From Thermoleophilia bacterium (GTDB lineage: Bacteria; Actinomycetota; Thermoleophilia; Miltoncostaeales; Miltoncostaeaceae), in assembly GCA_017882585.1 (NCBI GenBank), contig JADGPF010000026.1:1336-65335 (forward strand): DNA of 64,000 nucleotides. Reading direction: 5' to 3'. The notes under the pieces were generated by a model that was not told the origin of the DNA, made no database searches, and saw nothing but the letters and a program-made list of their open reading frames with translations. Numbering within the stretch: position 1 is the stretch's first letter; each line of letters opens with the position of its first letter. Shown one piece after another: positions 45,619 to 53,718 of this stretch. Both the position numbers and the translations under genes were made by a program.

Positions 45619-46080
45619 GTGCCCGCGATCATCCCCTGCCTGTGGTTCGACGCCGATGCCGAGGCGGCCGCCGAGTTCTATGCCTCGGTGTTTCCCGATG
45701 GACGGGTTGTCGGAATCTCCCGCTACACGGAGGCCGGCCCCGGTCCCGCGGGGTCTGTGATGACGGCGAGCTTTGAGGTCGGCGGACTGCGCTTTTTGGG
45801 GCTCAACGGGGGACCGCTTTACACCTTCACCGAGGCCATATCGTTTCAGATCCTGTGTGCGACCCAAGGCGAGGTCGACCATTACTGGGCGAGATTGTCC
45901 GAGGGCGGCCAGGAGAACGTGTGCGGTTGGCTGAAGGACCGCTTCGGCGTGTCGTGGCAGATCGTTCCCGAGGCGCTGCCGCGGCTGCTGACCGGTGAGG
46001 ACCGCGCGCGCGCCGAGCGCGTCATTCGCGTGATGTTCGGGATGAAAAAGCTCGACATCGCGGCGCTCGAGGCCGCGTAG
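45619..46080 (+). CDS. VOC-superfamily protein of the PhnB / 3-demethylubiquinone-9 3-methyltransferase-domain type
   Basis: GTG at 45619 is preceded by aaagga. IIPCLWFDADAEAAAEFYASVFPDGRV, SFEVGGLRFLGLNGGP and CGWLKDRFGVSWQIVP fit this family. Confidence 0.8.
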   Translation: MPAIIPCLWFDADAEAAAEFYASVFPDGRVVGISRYTEAGPGPAGSVMTASFEVGGLRFLGLNGGPLYTFTEAISFQILCATQGEVDHYWARLSEGGQENVCGWLKDRFGVSWQIVPEALPRLLTGEDRARAERVIRVMFGMKKLDIAALEAA

Positions 46081-46093
46081 GGGGGCCGTCGCC

Positions 46094-46459
46094 GTGTCGG
46101 AGACCGCCGTGGTCCGCGCGATGTTCGCGGCGTTCTTGGCCCATGACCGTGCGACGGCGGAGCGGCTACTCGACGAGGACTTCGTCTTTACAAGCCCGCA
46201 GGACGACCATATCGGCAAGGCGGCGTTCCTGGCGCGCTGCTTTCCGACGGCGGACCGGTTCGCCGTCTACGAGGTGCTCCGGCTGTTGCCGGACGGCGAG
46301 GGCGGCGTGTTCGCGTTCTACGAATACGAGTTGACCACGGGCGCGCGCTATCGCAACGTCGAGTTCATCACCGTGCGGGGCGCGCTGATCGTCGAGACGC
46401 AAGTGTTCTTCGGCGGCAGTGCCCGCAGCGGTCCCGAGTACCGCGGGGTCGCTTCCTAA
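46094..46459 (+). CDS. SnoaL-like / NTF2-fold protein
   Basis: 121 aa. MFAAFLAHDRATAERLLDEDFVFTSP matches the typical SnoaL_2 N-terminal pattern. Confidence 0.7.
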   Translation: MSETAVVRAMFAAFLAHDRATAERLLDEDFVFTSPQDDHIGKAAFLARCFPTADRFAVYEVLRLLPDGEGGVFAFYEYELTTGARYRNVEFITVRGALIVETQVFFGGSARSGPEYRGVAS

Positions 46460-46485
46460 CCGCGCCGGTCAGCCGGTGAGCGCTC

Positions 46486-46994
46486 GTGGAGGAACGGATG
46501 CGCGCAGAGATCGTGGTCGACGACGAGCTCGACGCGATCGTGCCGTTCGAAGTGCTCAGCATCGCGGCGCGGACGGTGGAACTGTCGCTGGCGCTCGTGG
46601 GAGCCGACGCCCGCCTGTCGGTCCGGACCGCTCACGGGCTGGAGCTGCGGGTGCCCGCGGTGCTCGGTGCCGCGGACGTGTTGATCGTGCCGGGCAGCGG
46701 GCGGGCGGCCGGCGACCACACACCGTGCGGCGCGCGATGCGCCGGCCGGGTACGCTGCGCGGCTGGTCGACGCCCGCGTCGACGACGATGGTGACATCGT
46801 CAGCTCGGCAGGGGGTGACGTCGGGGCTCGATTTTGCCCGTTGGCCGGTGGAGCGGTACGTCGGCGCCGCGCTGGCCGCGGCCGTCGCGCACCAGATCGA
46901 ATCCGTGCGTCACGGGCCGATCTGGCAGGCGGCCGGCGAGGCATCGCACCGCGCCTGGGCAACGCGGCCCGAAACGACGAAAACCGCCCGATGA
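46486..46994 (+). pseudogene. DJ-1/PfpI (class I glutamine-amidotransferase-like) gene remnant with internal deletion and frameshifts
   Basis: Frame 1 gives RAEIVVDDELDAIVPFEVLS...GAADVLIVPGSGRAAGD. Frame 3 gives RLVDARVDDDGDIVSSAG. Frame 2 gives GVTSGLDFARWPVERYVGAALAAAVAHQIE. Together these are the N-terminal strand, the penultimate segment and the C-terminal helix of a DJ-1/PfpI protein. The nucleophile-elbow Cys region is missing and a frame change occurs near the G-run at about 46806. Confidence 0.55.
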
Positions 46995-47041
46995 GCGGTT
47001 TTGTCCGGAGCCCGATCCCGCAACGACGCGGCCGGATCACA

Positions 47042-47123
47042 TGGGGGGAGGAGGATTCGAACCTCCGTAGGCGTAGCCGACGATTTTACAGACCGTTCCC
47101 TTTGGCCGCTCGGGCATCCCCCC
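47042..47123 (-). tRNA. tRNA-Tyr (anticodon GUA), long variable arm
   Basis: The reverse complement is ggggggatgcccgagcggccaaagggaacggtctGTAaaatcgtcggctacgcctacggaggttcgaatcctcctcccccca, with acceptor gggggga/tcccccc and T-arm ggagg-ttcgaat-cctcc. Confidence 0.9.
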
Positions 47124-47238
47124 AACGGAAAAGCCTCGGAAGGCTAGCCGACGGACCCCGCCGTCCACAACCGCAAACGGCCGTTGGCGACGATCGGGCG
47201 TGTCAACGAGGTGGGGACCGAGGGCCGGCGCGACCCGG

Positions 47239-48003
47239 TCAGGATGCCGGCGACGCGTCGACCTCTTCGCCGGTGGCGAACACATCGGTGTCCTCGCCTA
47301 ATCCGGGCACCAGGTCAAAGCGGTATCCGACGCCGTAATGGGTTTGGATATACGGGAACTCGGGAAGCGCCCTCGCCAACTTCTGGCGTACCTTGCGCAC
47401 GAACACATCCACCGAGCGATCGCCGGCAAGCATCTCGTAGCCCCACACGTCGCGGTACAGGCGGTTGCGCGGGACCGGTTTGCCGGCATTGCGCGCGAGC
47501 GCGTAAAGGACCTCGAATTCGCGGGGGGTAAGCCCGATCGACTGACCGTTCGCGTAGGCCTGGACCTGCTCGGGGTCGATGCGCAGCGGGTCGGCGTCGA
47601 TGGGCGTCCGGCCCGCCGGCTGGCGGTGCAGTTCGGCGCGCCGGAGGTGGGCGTTGACCCGCGCCATGAGCTCCTTCATCGAAAACGGTTTGGTGACGTA
47701 GTCGTCGGCGCCGAGCTCGAGGCCGTGGACGCGGTCGTACTCGCTTGTCCGGGCACTGCAGACGATCACCGGAACCCGGGGGTCCTCGGCTCGTACCTGT
47801 TCGGTGAATCGCCAGCCGTCGATGCCCGGCAACATCAGGTCGAGGATGACCAGGTCCGGGCGTTGGCTATGGAACAGGCGCAGGCCCTGGGTCCCGTCGG
47901 CAGCGCGCAGCACGCGGTAGCCCGCGCGTGTGAGCTGGTAGACCATGGACTCGAGGATTGCATCGTCGTCTTCGACGACGAGCACCGTCTGGGCGGTCGG
48001 CAT
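47239..48003 (-). CDS. OmpR/PhoB-family response regulator; no histidine kinase adjacent
   Basis: Receiver motifs VLVVEDDDAI, DLVILDLMLPGIDG and DDYVTKPF are intact. The winged-helix output has LTPREFEVLYALARNAG and YIQTHYGVGYRF. Confidence 0.9.
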   Translation of the reverse strand: MPTAQTVLVVEDDDAILESMVYQLTRAGYRVLRAADGTQGLRLFHSQRPDLVILDLMLPGIDGWRFTEQVRAEDPRVPVIVCSARTSEYDRVHGLELGADDYVTKPFSMKELMARVNAHLRRAELHRQPAGRTPIDADPLRIDPEQVQAYANGQSIGLTPREFEVLYALARNAGKPVPRNRLYRDVWGYEMLAGDRSVDVFVRKVRQKLARALPEFPYIQTHYGVGYRFDLVPGLGEDTDVFATGEEVDASPAS

Positions 48004-48099
48004 ACCGGCAGATTAGCGGTGAATGGCGCGTGCGGTCGACGGGGTATTGTGGTGCGCGATGGCTGCGGCCCACGATCGTCCGATGACCGGCGCCAACCG

Positions 48100-49569
48100 G
48101 TGAGCGGTTCCTCCGCGGACCGCTACGTGGTCGAGGCCCAAATCGGGCGCGGCGGCACGGCGACGGTCTGGCGGGCGCATGACACGGTCTTCAACCGGAC
48201 GGTCGCGCTCAAGCGACTGCGTCCGGGGCTGCGCGAGGATCCCGAGGCGATGGCGCGATTCCTGCGCGAGGCCCGGACCGTCGCGCGACTGTCGCATCCC
48301 GGCATCGTTCGTCTGCTCGATGGCGGCGTGGACGCCGACGGGCCGTTTCTGGTGATGGAGCTCGTCGAAGGCGAGGATCTCAAGACGAGAATCACGCGCG
48401 AGGGGGCGCTGCCGCCCCGCGAGGCGGCGCATCTGTGCGCGCAGGTGGCGTCCACGCTCGCGTTCGCACATCGCCACGGCGTCGTCCACCGCGACATCAA
48501 GTCGCAAAATGTGCTGATCGACCAGCAGGGCGACGCGAAGCTGGCGGACTTCGGCATCGCGCAACTCCTGGAAGTCAGCGGGGAGTCTCGGTTGACCCGG
48601 TCGGGGATGATGGTCGGCACCAGCGACTATCTCGCCCCCGAACAGGCCGAGGGGCGGCCCGTCGACGGGCGCACGGACACGTATGCCTTGGGAATCGTCT
48701 TGTGGGAGTGCCTTACCGGCGAGCTGCCCTTCCCGGGTGAGAACTTCGTCGCCGTCGCCATGCGCCAGCTCAAAGACCCGCTGCCGGACCCCCGCGAGCG
48801 CATTCCGGGGATTTCCGACCGGCTCGCGGCCTGTGTGCTCAAGGCAGCGGCGAAGGACCCCGACGACCGCTTCGCGAGCGCCGGCGAGTTTGCCGAGGAG
48901 CTTGAAGAATGCGCTGCCGCGGACGACGTGAGCGAGTCGGAGCCGGCGGATCCCGCCCCGACTGCTCCCCGGCGTCCGGCGGGCTCGGACGCCGGGGCGG
49001 CCCGGCGCCGGATGTATCGCCGGCGGCGAGCGGCGGCGCTCGCGGTGCTCGCACTCGTGGTCGTTCTCATCGCGTGGGGGCTGAGCGAAGTGCTCTGGTC
49101 GGGGTCGACAGCGCCCCCGGTTGCCCGCCCACTGGCGATCACAGTCACCAGCTACGACCCGCAAGGCGACGGGATCGAGAACCCCGGGCAGGTCCGCTTC
49201 GTGACCGACGGTAACCCGCAGACGGCCTGGCACACCGAGCTCTACGGTGGAACACCCACCTTCGGTGGCACCAAGCGCGGGGTTGGGCTGCAGCTGGCCG
49301 TCGCTGCCGGTTCCCGGCCGACACGCGTCGATCTGCGCTCATCGACGCCGGGCGCCGAGTTCCAGATTCGCATTCCCGGCAAGCTGACCGGCGCTCCGCT
49401 GGTGGGAACCACGACGATGACCGGCGCGCCCCAATCGCTGGTGTTGCCGGCGACGTCGCCCAACGATCTGGTGATCTGGATCGTGCGCCTGGTACCAGAC
49501 CCGCATGTCGCCGGTGCGTATTGGGCCGGCATCTCGGAGGTGTCGGTCCGGGGCGTGCCGAACAACTAA
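48100..49569 (+). CDS. Hanks-type Ser/Thr protein kinase with single TM and discoidin/galactose-binding-like ectodomain
   Basis: GTG at 48100. GRGGTATVWRA, VALKRL, HRDIKSQNVLI, DFGIA and SDYLAPEQ are kinase motifs. The TM is AALAVLALVVVLIAWGL. The ectodomain has DGNPQTAWHTE...VGLQLAV...YWAGISEVSVRG. The first 254 codons of the track ORF are antisense to the response regulator and were rejected. Confidence 0.9.
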   Translation: MSGSSADRYVVEAQIGRGGTATVWRAHDTVFNRTVALKRLRPGLREDPEAMARFLREARTVARLSHPGIVRLLDGGVDADGPFLVMELVEGEDLKTRITREGALPPREAAHLCAQVASTLAFAHRHGVVHRDIKSQNVLIDQQGDAKLADFGIAQLLEVSGESRLTRSGMMVGTSDYLAPEQAEGRPVDGRTDTYALGIVLWECLTGELPFPGENFVAVAMRQLKDPLPDPRERIPGISDRLAACVLKAAAKDPDDRFASAGEFAEELEECAAADDVSESEPADPAPTAPRRPAGSDAGAARRRMYRRRRAAALAVLALVVVLIAWGLSEVLWSGSTAPPVARPLAITVTSYDPQGDGIENPGQVRFVTDGNPQTAWHTELYGGTPTFGGTKRGVGLQLAVAAGSRPTRVDLRSSTPGAEFQIRIPGKLTGAPLVGTTTMTGAPQSLVLPATSPNDLVIWIVRLVPDPHVAGAYWAGISEVSVRGVPNN

Positions 49570-49572
49570 GAC

Positions 49573-50502
49573 ATGACCACCTGGGAGGCGTCGCTCACCG
49601 ATTTTGCCGAGCGGCTTGAACGTCAGGGTTCCCGCCGTGCGCCATTGGCTCCTCGGACGCGCACGGCGTACCTCAAGGACGTCCGCGCATTGGCGGCCTG
49701 GATCGCGATCCACGGAATTGCCGGGCCCGAGCGGATCACCCCGTCGGCGTTGGGTGCCGCCCTGCGGGCATTGGAATGGTCGCCCGCGACCCAGGCACGC
49801 GCGCTGACCGCCGCGCGCGAGTGGCTTGGCCCGTACTTTCCTCCCGGACGCTCGCCCGCCGAGCGCCTCGAGCGACCGAAAGTTCGTGCGCCCCTGATTC
49901 CGCGGCTCTCGCAGGGCGATGCGAACCGACTGGTCGAGTCTGCCGATGTGGATCCTGCCCCCGCCCATGGGGTTCGCAGCGCCATGGAGCTGCGCGACCG
50001 GGCCGTTTTGGAGCTGTTGTACGGATCGGCGCTGCGACGTCAGGAGTTGTGCGACCTGGTGCTGGCCGGGCTCGACTTCGAGCATGAGACCGTGCACGTC
50101 GTCGGTAAGGGCGATAAGGCCCGCACGGTGCCCCTGACCGAGCCCGCCGTCGAGGCGCTGGGGGCGTGGCTGCGAAGCGGCCGCCCGCTGCTTGTGGATC
50201 ACTCGGCGCCGGCACGCAGCGAGGTGTTTCTGTCGGTGCGGGGCCGACCGCTCGACGGCAGTGCGGTCTACCGCATCGTTGCGCCCCGCTTGCGTGCGAT
50301 GGGCCGGGCCGGCGGACCCCATCTGTTGCGCCATGCGGCGGCGACGCACCTGCTCGAGGGCCACGACGACCACGACGGGGCACACCTGCGAGTGGTCCAG
50401 GAAGTCCTTGGACATGCGAGTCTTGCGACGACCCAGCGGTACACCGGCGTGACGACGAAAGACATTCAGCGGCAGCTCAAGCGCGGACACCCACGCGGAT
50501 GA
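49573..50502 (+). CDS. XerC/XerD-family tyrosine recombinase (first of a tandem pair)
   Basis: The N-terminal SAM-like domain has RTRTAYLKDVRALAAWI. The catalytic set is ELLYGSALRRQEL (R), VVGKGDKAR (K), HLLRHAAATHLL (H-x-x-R), LGHASLATTQRYTGV (H, Y) and a C-terminal HPRG. Confidence 0.9.
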   Translation: MTTWEASLTDFAERLERQGSRRAPLAPRTRTAYLKDVRALAAWIAIHGIAGPERITPSALGAALRALEWSPATQARALTAAREWLGPYFPPGRSPAERLERPKVRAPLIPRLSQGDANRLVESADVDPAPAHGVRSAMELRDRAVLELLYGSALRRQELCDLVLAGLDFEHETVHVVGKGDKARTVPLTEPAVEALGAWLRSGRPLLVDHSAPARSEVFLSVRGRPLDGSAVYRIVAPRLRAMGRAGGPHLLRHAAATHLLEGHDDHDGAHLRVVQEVLGHASLATTQRYTGVTTKDIQRQLKRGHPRG

Positions 50503-51542
50503 CGATCGATGCCCCGGCATTCCGGCGGCTGGTGGCCGCGTTCCTAGCCACCCGCGCGAGCGTGTCCACGCGCGAGGCGTACCGTCGCGATCTTACCCAT
50601 CTGGCGTCCGCACTCGGCGTCGGCGCCGAGGGCATCCCCACCGACGAGGAGATTCGCGGCGCCTTTGGGATCGAGGACGATCCCGACGTGGGCGCGTTGC
50701 TGGAGACGCTGGTCGGGCTCGGGCCCGACTGGTGGCGCCGGTGGCGGGACGATCTCGACGGCAGTCCGGCGACCCGGCGGCGGCGCGTCGCGGCCGTGCG
50801 TGCGTTTTGCCGGTGGTGGTCCCGGGTGTGCGACGTGGAGAATCCGGTCAGCGAGCTTCGACCGCCCGGTGCGGCGGGCGGTTCGCGCCACGCCGGCCGC
50901 GAGGTCGTAGCCTTCGCCCAGTCGGACATGCGGCGCCTGTTGGAGGCGGCCCAGCGCTCGGGCCCCGTCGGGGCGCGCGACGTCGCGCTGATCGAGATCC
51001 TCTACGGGTGCGGTCTCCGGGCGAGCGAGGCGGTCGGCCTCAACGTGTCGGCGTGCAACCTCGATGACGGCGAGGACCCCTATCTGGTCGTCACCGGAAA
51101 GGGTGCGCGGGTTCGCGCGGTCGCGGTACCGCAGGGTGCCCGCGTCGCGTTGCAGGCATACCTGCGGATCGGCCGGCCGGAGCTGGTCGCCCGGCGTCGG
51201 GACGCAGGCAGTGCCGACGCGGATGCGGTGTTCGTGTCGGTGCGTGGGCGGCGCCTCGCCCGCGAGGACGCCTGGCGGATCGTGACGGCGATCGGCCGAC
51301 GCGCCGGGCTGCTGGACGATGGCGGACGCGTCTTCCCGCACGCGCTGCGACACTCATGCGGGACCCATCTGATTCAGGCGGGTGTCGACATCCGCTACGT
51401 CCAGGCCCACCTGGGACATGCCTCGCCAGTGACCACCGAGGTCTACACCCACGTCACCGCGGCACACCTGAAGTCGGATTTCGACCGTGCGCATCCGCGG
51501 GCACGATCAGTAGCCGGGAACGACGCAGACGACCCCGCCTGA
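50499..51542 (+). CDS. XerC/XerD-family tyrosine recombinase (second of a tandem pair)
   Basis: ATG at 50499 overlaps the upstream TGA (50500-50502). STREAYRRDLTHLASAL, EILYGCGLRASEAVGL, VTGKGARVR, HALRHSCGTHLIQAGVDIRYVQAHLGHASPVTTEVYTHV and AHPRA are present. Confidence 0.9.
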   Translation: MTIDAPAFRRLVAAFLATRASVSTREAYRRDLTHLASALGVGAEGIPTDEEIRGAFGIEDDPDVGALLETLVGLGPDWWRRWRDDLDGSPATRRRRVAAVRAFCRWWSRVCDVENPVSELRPPGAAGGSRHAGREVVAFAQSDMRRLLEAAQRSGPVGARDVALIEILYGCGLRASEAVGLNVSACNLDDGEDPYLVVTGKGARVRAVAVPQGARVALQAYLRIGRPELVARRRDAGSADADAVFVSVRGRRLAREDAWRIVTAIGRRAGLLDDGGRVFPHALRHSCGTHLIQAGVDIRYVQAHLGHASPVTTEVYTHVTAAHLKSDFDRAHPRARSVAGNDADDPA

Positions 51543-52328
51543 TCGGAATCCCGCCGCGAGCACGGCGCTCGCGCGTGCGAAGGCCGTGATGGTCGTGGTC
51601 GCCGGGTTGGCGCCGGCCGCGACCCGGGACGTCGCAGCGTCAAGCACCGCGATGGCCGTGGTGAGCGATCCGCGTAGGCGCGCCACCCGGTTTCCCGGGA
51701 CGTCCGCCAAATCGGTGCGCGCCGCCGCGAGCGCCGCCGCCGAGCGCTCAAGTTGGGTACGCGCGGCCGCACCGTCGACGGCGACCTGGGTCGTCCCGTA
51801 GGCGGCCTGAATGTTCTGGCAGGCCGTTCGGGCGGCGACGGTCAGATTGGGCCCCGCCGGCGCTGTCGCGCGCGCCAGCAGCGCGTCGAACAGCGGTCGG
51901 CCGAGCGAGTTTGCCGAACACGCTGGCGCCCTGAGCTGCGCGGCCGCGCGATCGATCTGGGTGAAGACCGCCGCACCCTGGCTGCGCAAGGGTCCGACGA
52001 GCCCCGATCCCGGCTGGACGAGGAGCGCGGCGACGTTGCGGAATTCGTTGGCGAGATAGCCGGTGCCGTTGCGCAGGTTGATCAGAGCTTCGGGATCTTG
52101 GGGCGTGCCGGAGAGCGCGCCGAGGGTCAGGTTGAGCTGGTGGATCGTCGCCTGGGCGGACTGAGCCGCCGCCGCCGCGCTCGGCCGGAGCGCGGCAGGG
52201 GCGATCGGTGTCAGGCGGGCATGCGCGTTCGCGCAGGCGGTGGTCGGATCGGCGGATCCCGGGGCGCCGCCCGCCCCGCACCCGGCGAGGACCGCAAGGA
52301 CCGCAGCGAGCGCCATGAACCCCGCCAT
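51507..52328 (-). CDS. Predicted lipoprotein, Ala-rich, probably helical; no recognisable domain
   Basis: ATG at 52328 gives MAGFMALAAVLAVLAGCGAGG, a lipobox L-A-G-C. The rest has several conserved-looking Cys residues and low complexity. The upstream part of track ORF 51507..53198 is Arg-rich and overlaps the next gene, so I rejected it. Confidence 0.65.
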   Translation of the reverse strand: MAGFMALAAVLAVLAGCGAGGAPGSADPTTACANAHARLTPIAPAALRPSAAAAAQSAQATIHQLNLTLGALSGTPQDPEALINLRNGTGYLANEFRNVAALLVQPGSGLVGPLRSQGAAVFTQIDRAAAQLRAPACSANSLGRPLFDALLARATAPAGPNLTVAARTACQNIQAAYGTTQVAVDGAAARTQLERSAAALAAARTDLADVPGNRVARLRGSLTTAIAVLDAATSRVAAGANPATTTITAFARASAVLAAGFRSGGVVCVVPGY

Positions 52329-52336
52329 GCGGATCC

Positions 52337-53041
52337 TCAGACCGGGTGTGCGGACCAAATCCCGGTTCCGAACACGAGGATGACCCACAGGCTGATCCAG
52401 GTCGTCCCGAGAATGATCGCGGACAGCGCGACGTTGCGTCCCGGAACGAGCTCGCGCGCCTGGGTGATCTGCATGTAGGCGATAAGTCCGAGGATGACCC
52501 CGACCGGTGCCGCGGGGAAGAAGATCACCCCGAGCGCGCTGAACCCGAGCGCGACAATCGCGCTGCCGGGTCGAACCGGCAGGCCCGCGGCATCGAGATC
52601 GGTCGTCAGGCGGTCCGGCTCGGGCATCAATTCGCGTGCGCCCACGATCATCAAGACGACTCCGGCGATCCCCACGATGAAGGCGACGCCGAGGATCGTC
52701 CCGCCGGATTCCAGGTGTGTCGCGACCCCGGGATGAAACCGGGTAGAGGTCTTGGCGATCGTGACCATGAACGCCTCGGTGCCGGCGAGCCCGAAGGCGG
52801 TCGCGGCGCCGACCAGTTTTGCCCACAGCGGGTGCATGAGCAGCATCGCCAGCAGCACGACCGCGGCGATCACGTAGACGCCGATGGTGTTGGCGGGCAG
52901 GTCGATGACCAGGGTACGTCCCGCGATGCGGCCGGGACCCGACACGAGCGGCCGGCCGGCGGCCGTCATGGCGATCAGGCTGGAGAAGATCGCAAGCACC
53001 AGGCCCCCAGACGTAAGGCGCTGTCGGGTCAAGTTGTCCAT
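52337..53041 (-). CDS. Polytopic membrane protein (about 6 TM helices), hypothetical
   Basis: ATG at 53041 (MDNLTRQRLTSGGLVLAIFSSLIAM...). Clean alternating hydrophobic helices run through to the stop. It starts 11 nt after the phosphoesterase stop and ends 8 nt before the lipoprotein start. Confidence 0.65.
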   Translation of the reverse strand: MDNLTRQRLTSGGLVLAIFSSLIAMTAAGRPLVSGPGRIAGRTLVIDLPANTIGVYVIAAVVLLAMLLMHPLWAKLVGAATAFGLAGTEAFMVTIAKTSTRFHPGVATHLESGGTILGVAFIVGIAGVVLMIVGARELMPEPDRLTTDLDAAGLPVRPGSAIVALGFSALGVIFFPAAPVGVILGLIAYMQITQARELVPGRNVALSAIILGTTWISLWVILVFGTGIWSAHPV

Positions 53042-53052
53042 GCGCGACGCCT

Positions 53053-53718
53053 TCACGGGTTCGATGACGGATCCGGAGCGATGATGTGACGCGGCCGGAT
53101 TCCGGATGATCCCACCTCGAGGACCGCGACCGCGGGTCGGTATTGCTCGGGATGCATCGTGCGGCGGAACCGACGGACCGCGACGTCGATCGGCGCATGC
53201 ATAGATCGTGGTACGGCCTCGCCCTCGGCGAGCGCGCCGCCGGGGCAGACCGCTCCCGGGCACACCATGAGCGTCGCCCCGGCGTGGGCGACGCGCGGGA
53301 TGTGCCAGTGCCCGTAGACGACCGCGTCGACCGCGCCGAGGCGACCGCGCAGCTCGGATTCCAGTCGATCCTGCCAGCGCCGATCGCCGATCAGGTTCGT
53401 GCGAGCGACGGTCACGGCGTCCCAGAGCGGGGTCCAGGATCCATGGATCAAGCCGATCCGCCATCCGCCAACGCTGGCGATCAGCGACTCGGGAAGCCAC
53501 TTCGCATCCTGGTCGTGATCACCGCGGACGGCGCGGACCGGCGCGATCGTCTCCAGATCCTCGAGGACGTCGGCGACCGAGAGATCGCCTGCGTGGAGGA
53601 TCAGGTCGCACCCCGTGATTGCCTCGCACACCCAATCGGGCATCGCGTCCAGGTACTCGCCGACGTGCGAGTCGGCGATCAGTCCGACCCGGACGGTGCG
53701 GCCGGAGCTTGCGGTCAT
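53053..53718 (-). CDS. Metallophosphoesterase (YfcE/MJ0936-like)
   Basis: ATG at 53718. VGLIADSHVG (D-x-H), LILHAGDL (GD), AVRGDHDQ (GNHD-like) and VVYGHWHIP (GH) are present. The ATG overlaps the ddl TGA as ATGA. Confidence 0.85.
   Translation of the reverse strand: MTASSGRTVRVGLIADSHVGEYLDAMPDWVCEAITGCDLILHAGDLSVADVLEDLETIAPVRAVRGDHDQDAKWLPESLIASVGGWRIGLIHGSWTPLWDAVTVARTNLIGDRRWQDRLESELRGRLGAVDAVVYGHWHIPRVAHAGATLMVCPGAVCPGGALAEGEAVPRSMHAPIDVAVRRFRRTMHPEQYRPAVAVLEVGSSGIRPRHIIAPDPSSNP

Noticed and set aside
47338-48099. The first 254 codons of track ORF 47338..49569, which would make a 743-aa kinase.
   Set aside because: This part is antisense to the well-supported response regulator gene and translates to low-complexity Arg/Val/Asp-rich sequence. 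The kinase glycine loop begins right after the GTG at 48100.
49573-51542. Recombinase-in-trio (RIT) element or other mobile element built from tandem tyrosine recombinases.
   Set aside because: Only two recombinases are present, not three. Both look like full-length XerC/XerD orthologues with the HPR(G/A) C-terminus, and I saw no flanking inverted repeats. The upstream neighbour is a kinase and the downstream neighbour a convergent lipoprotein gene.
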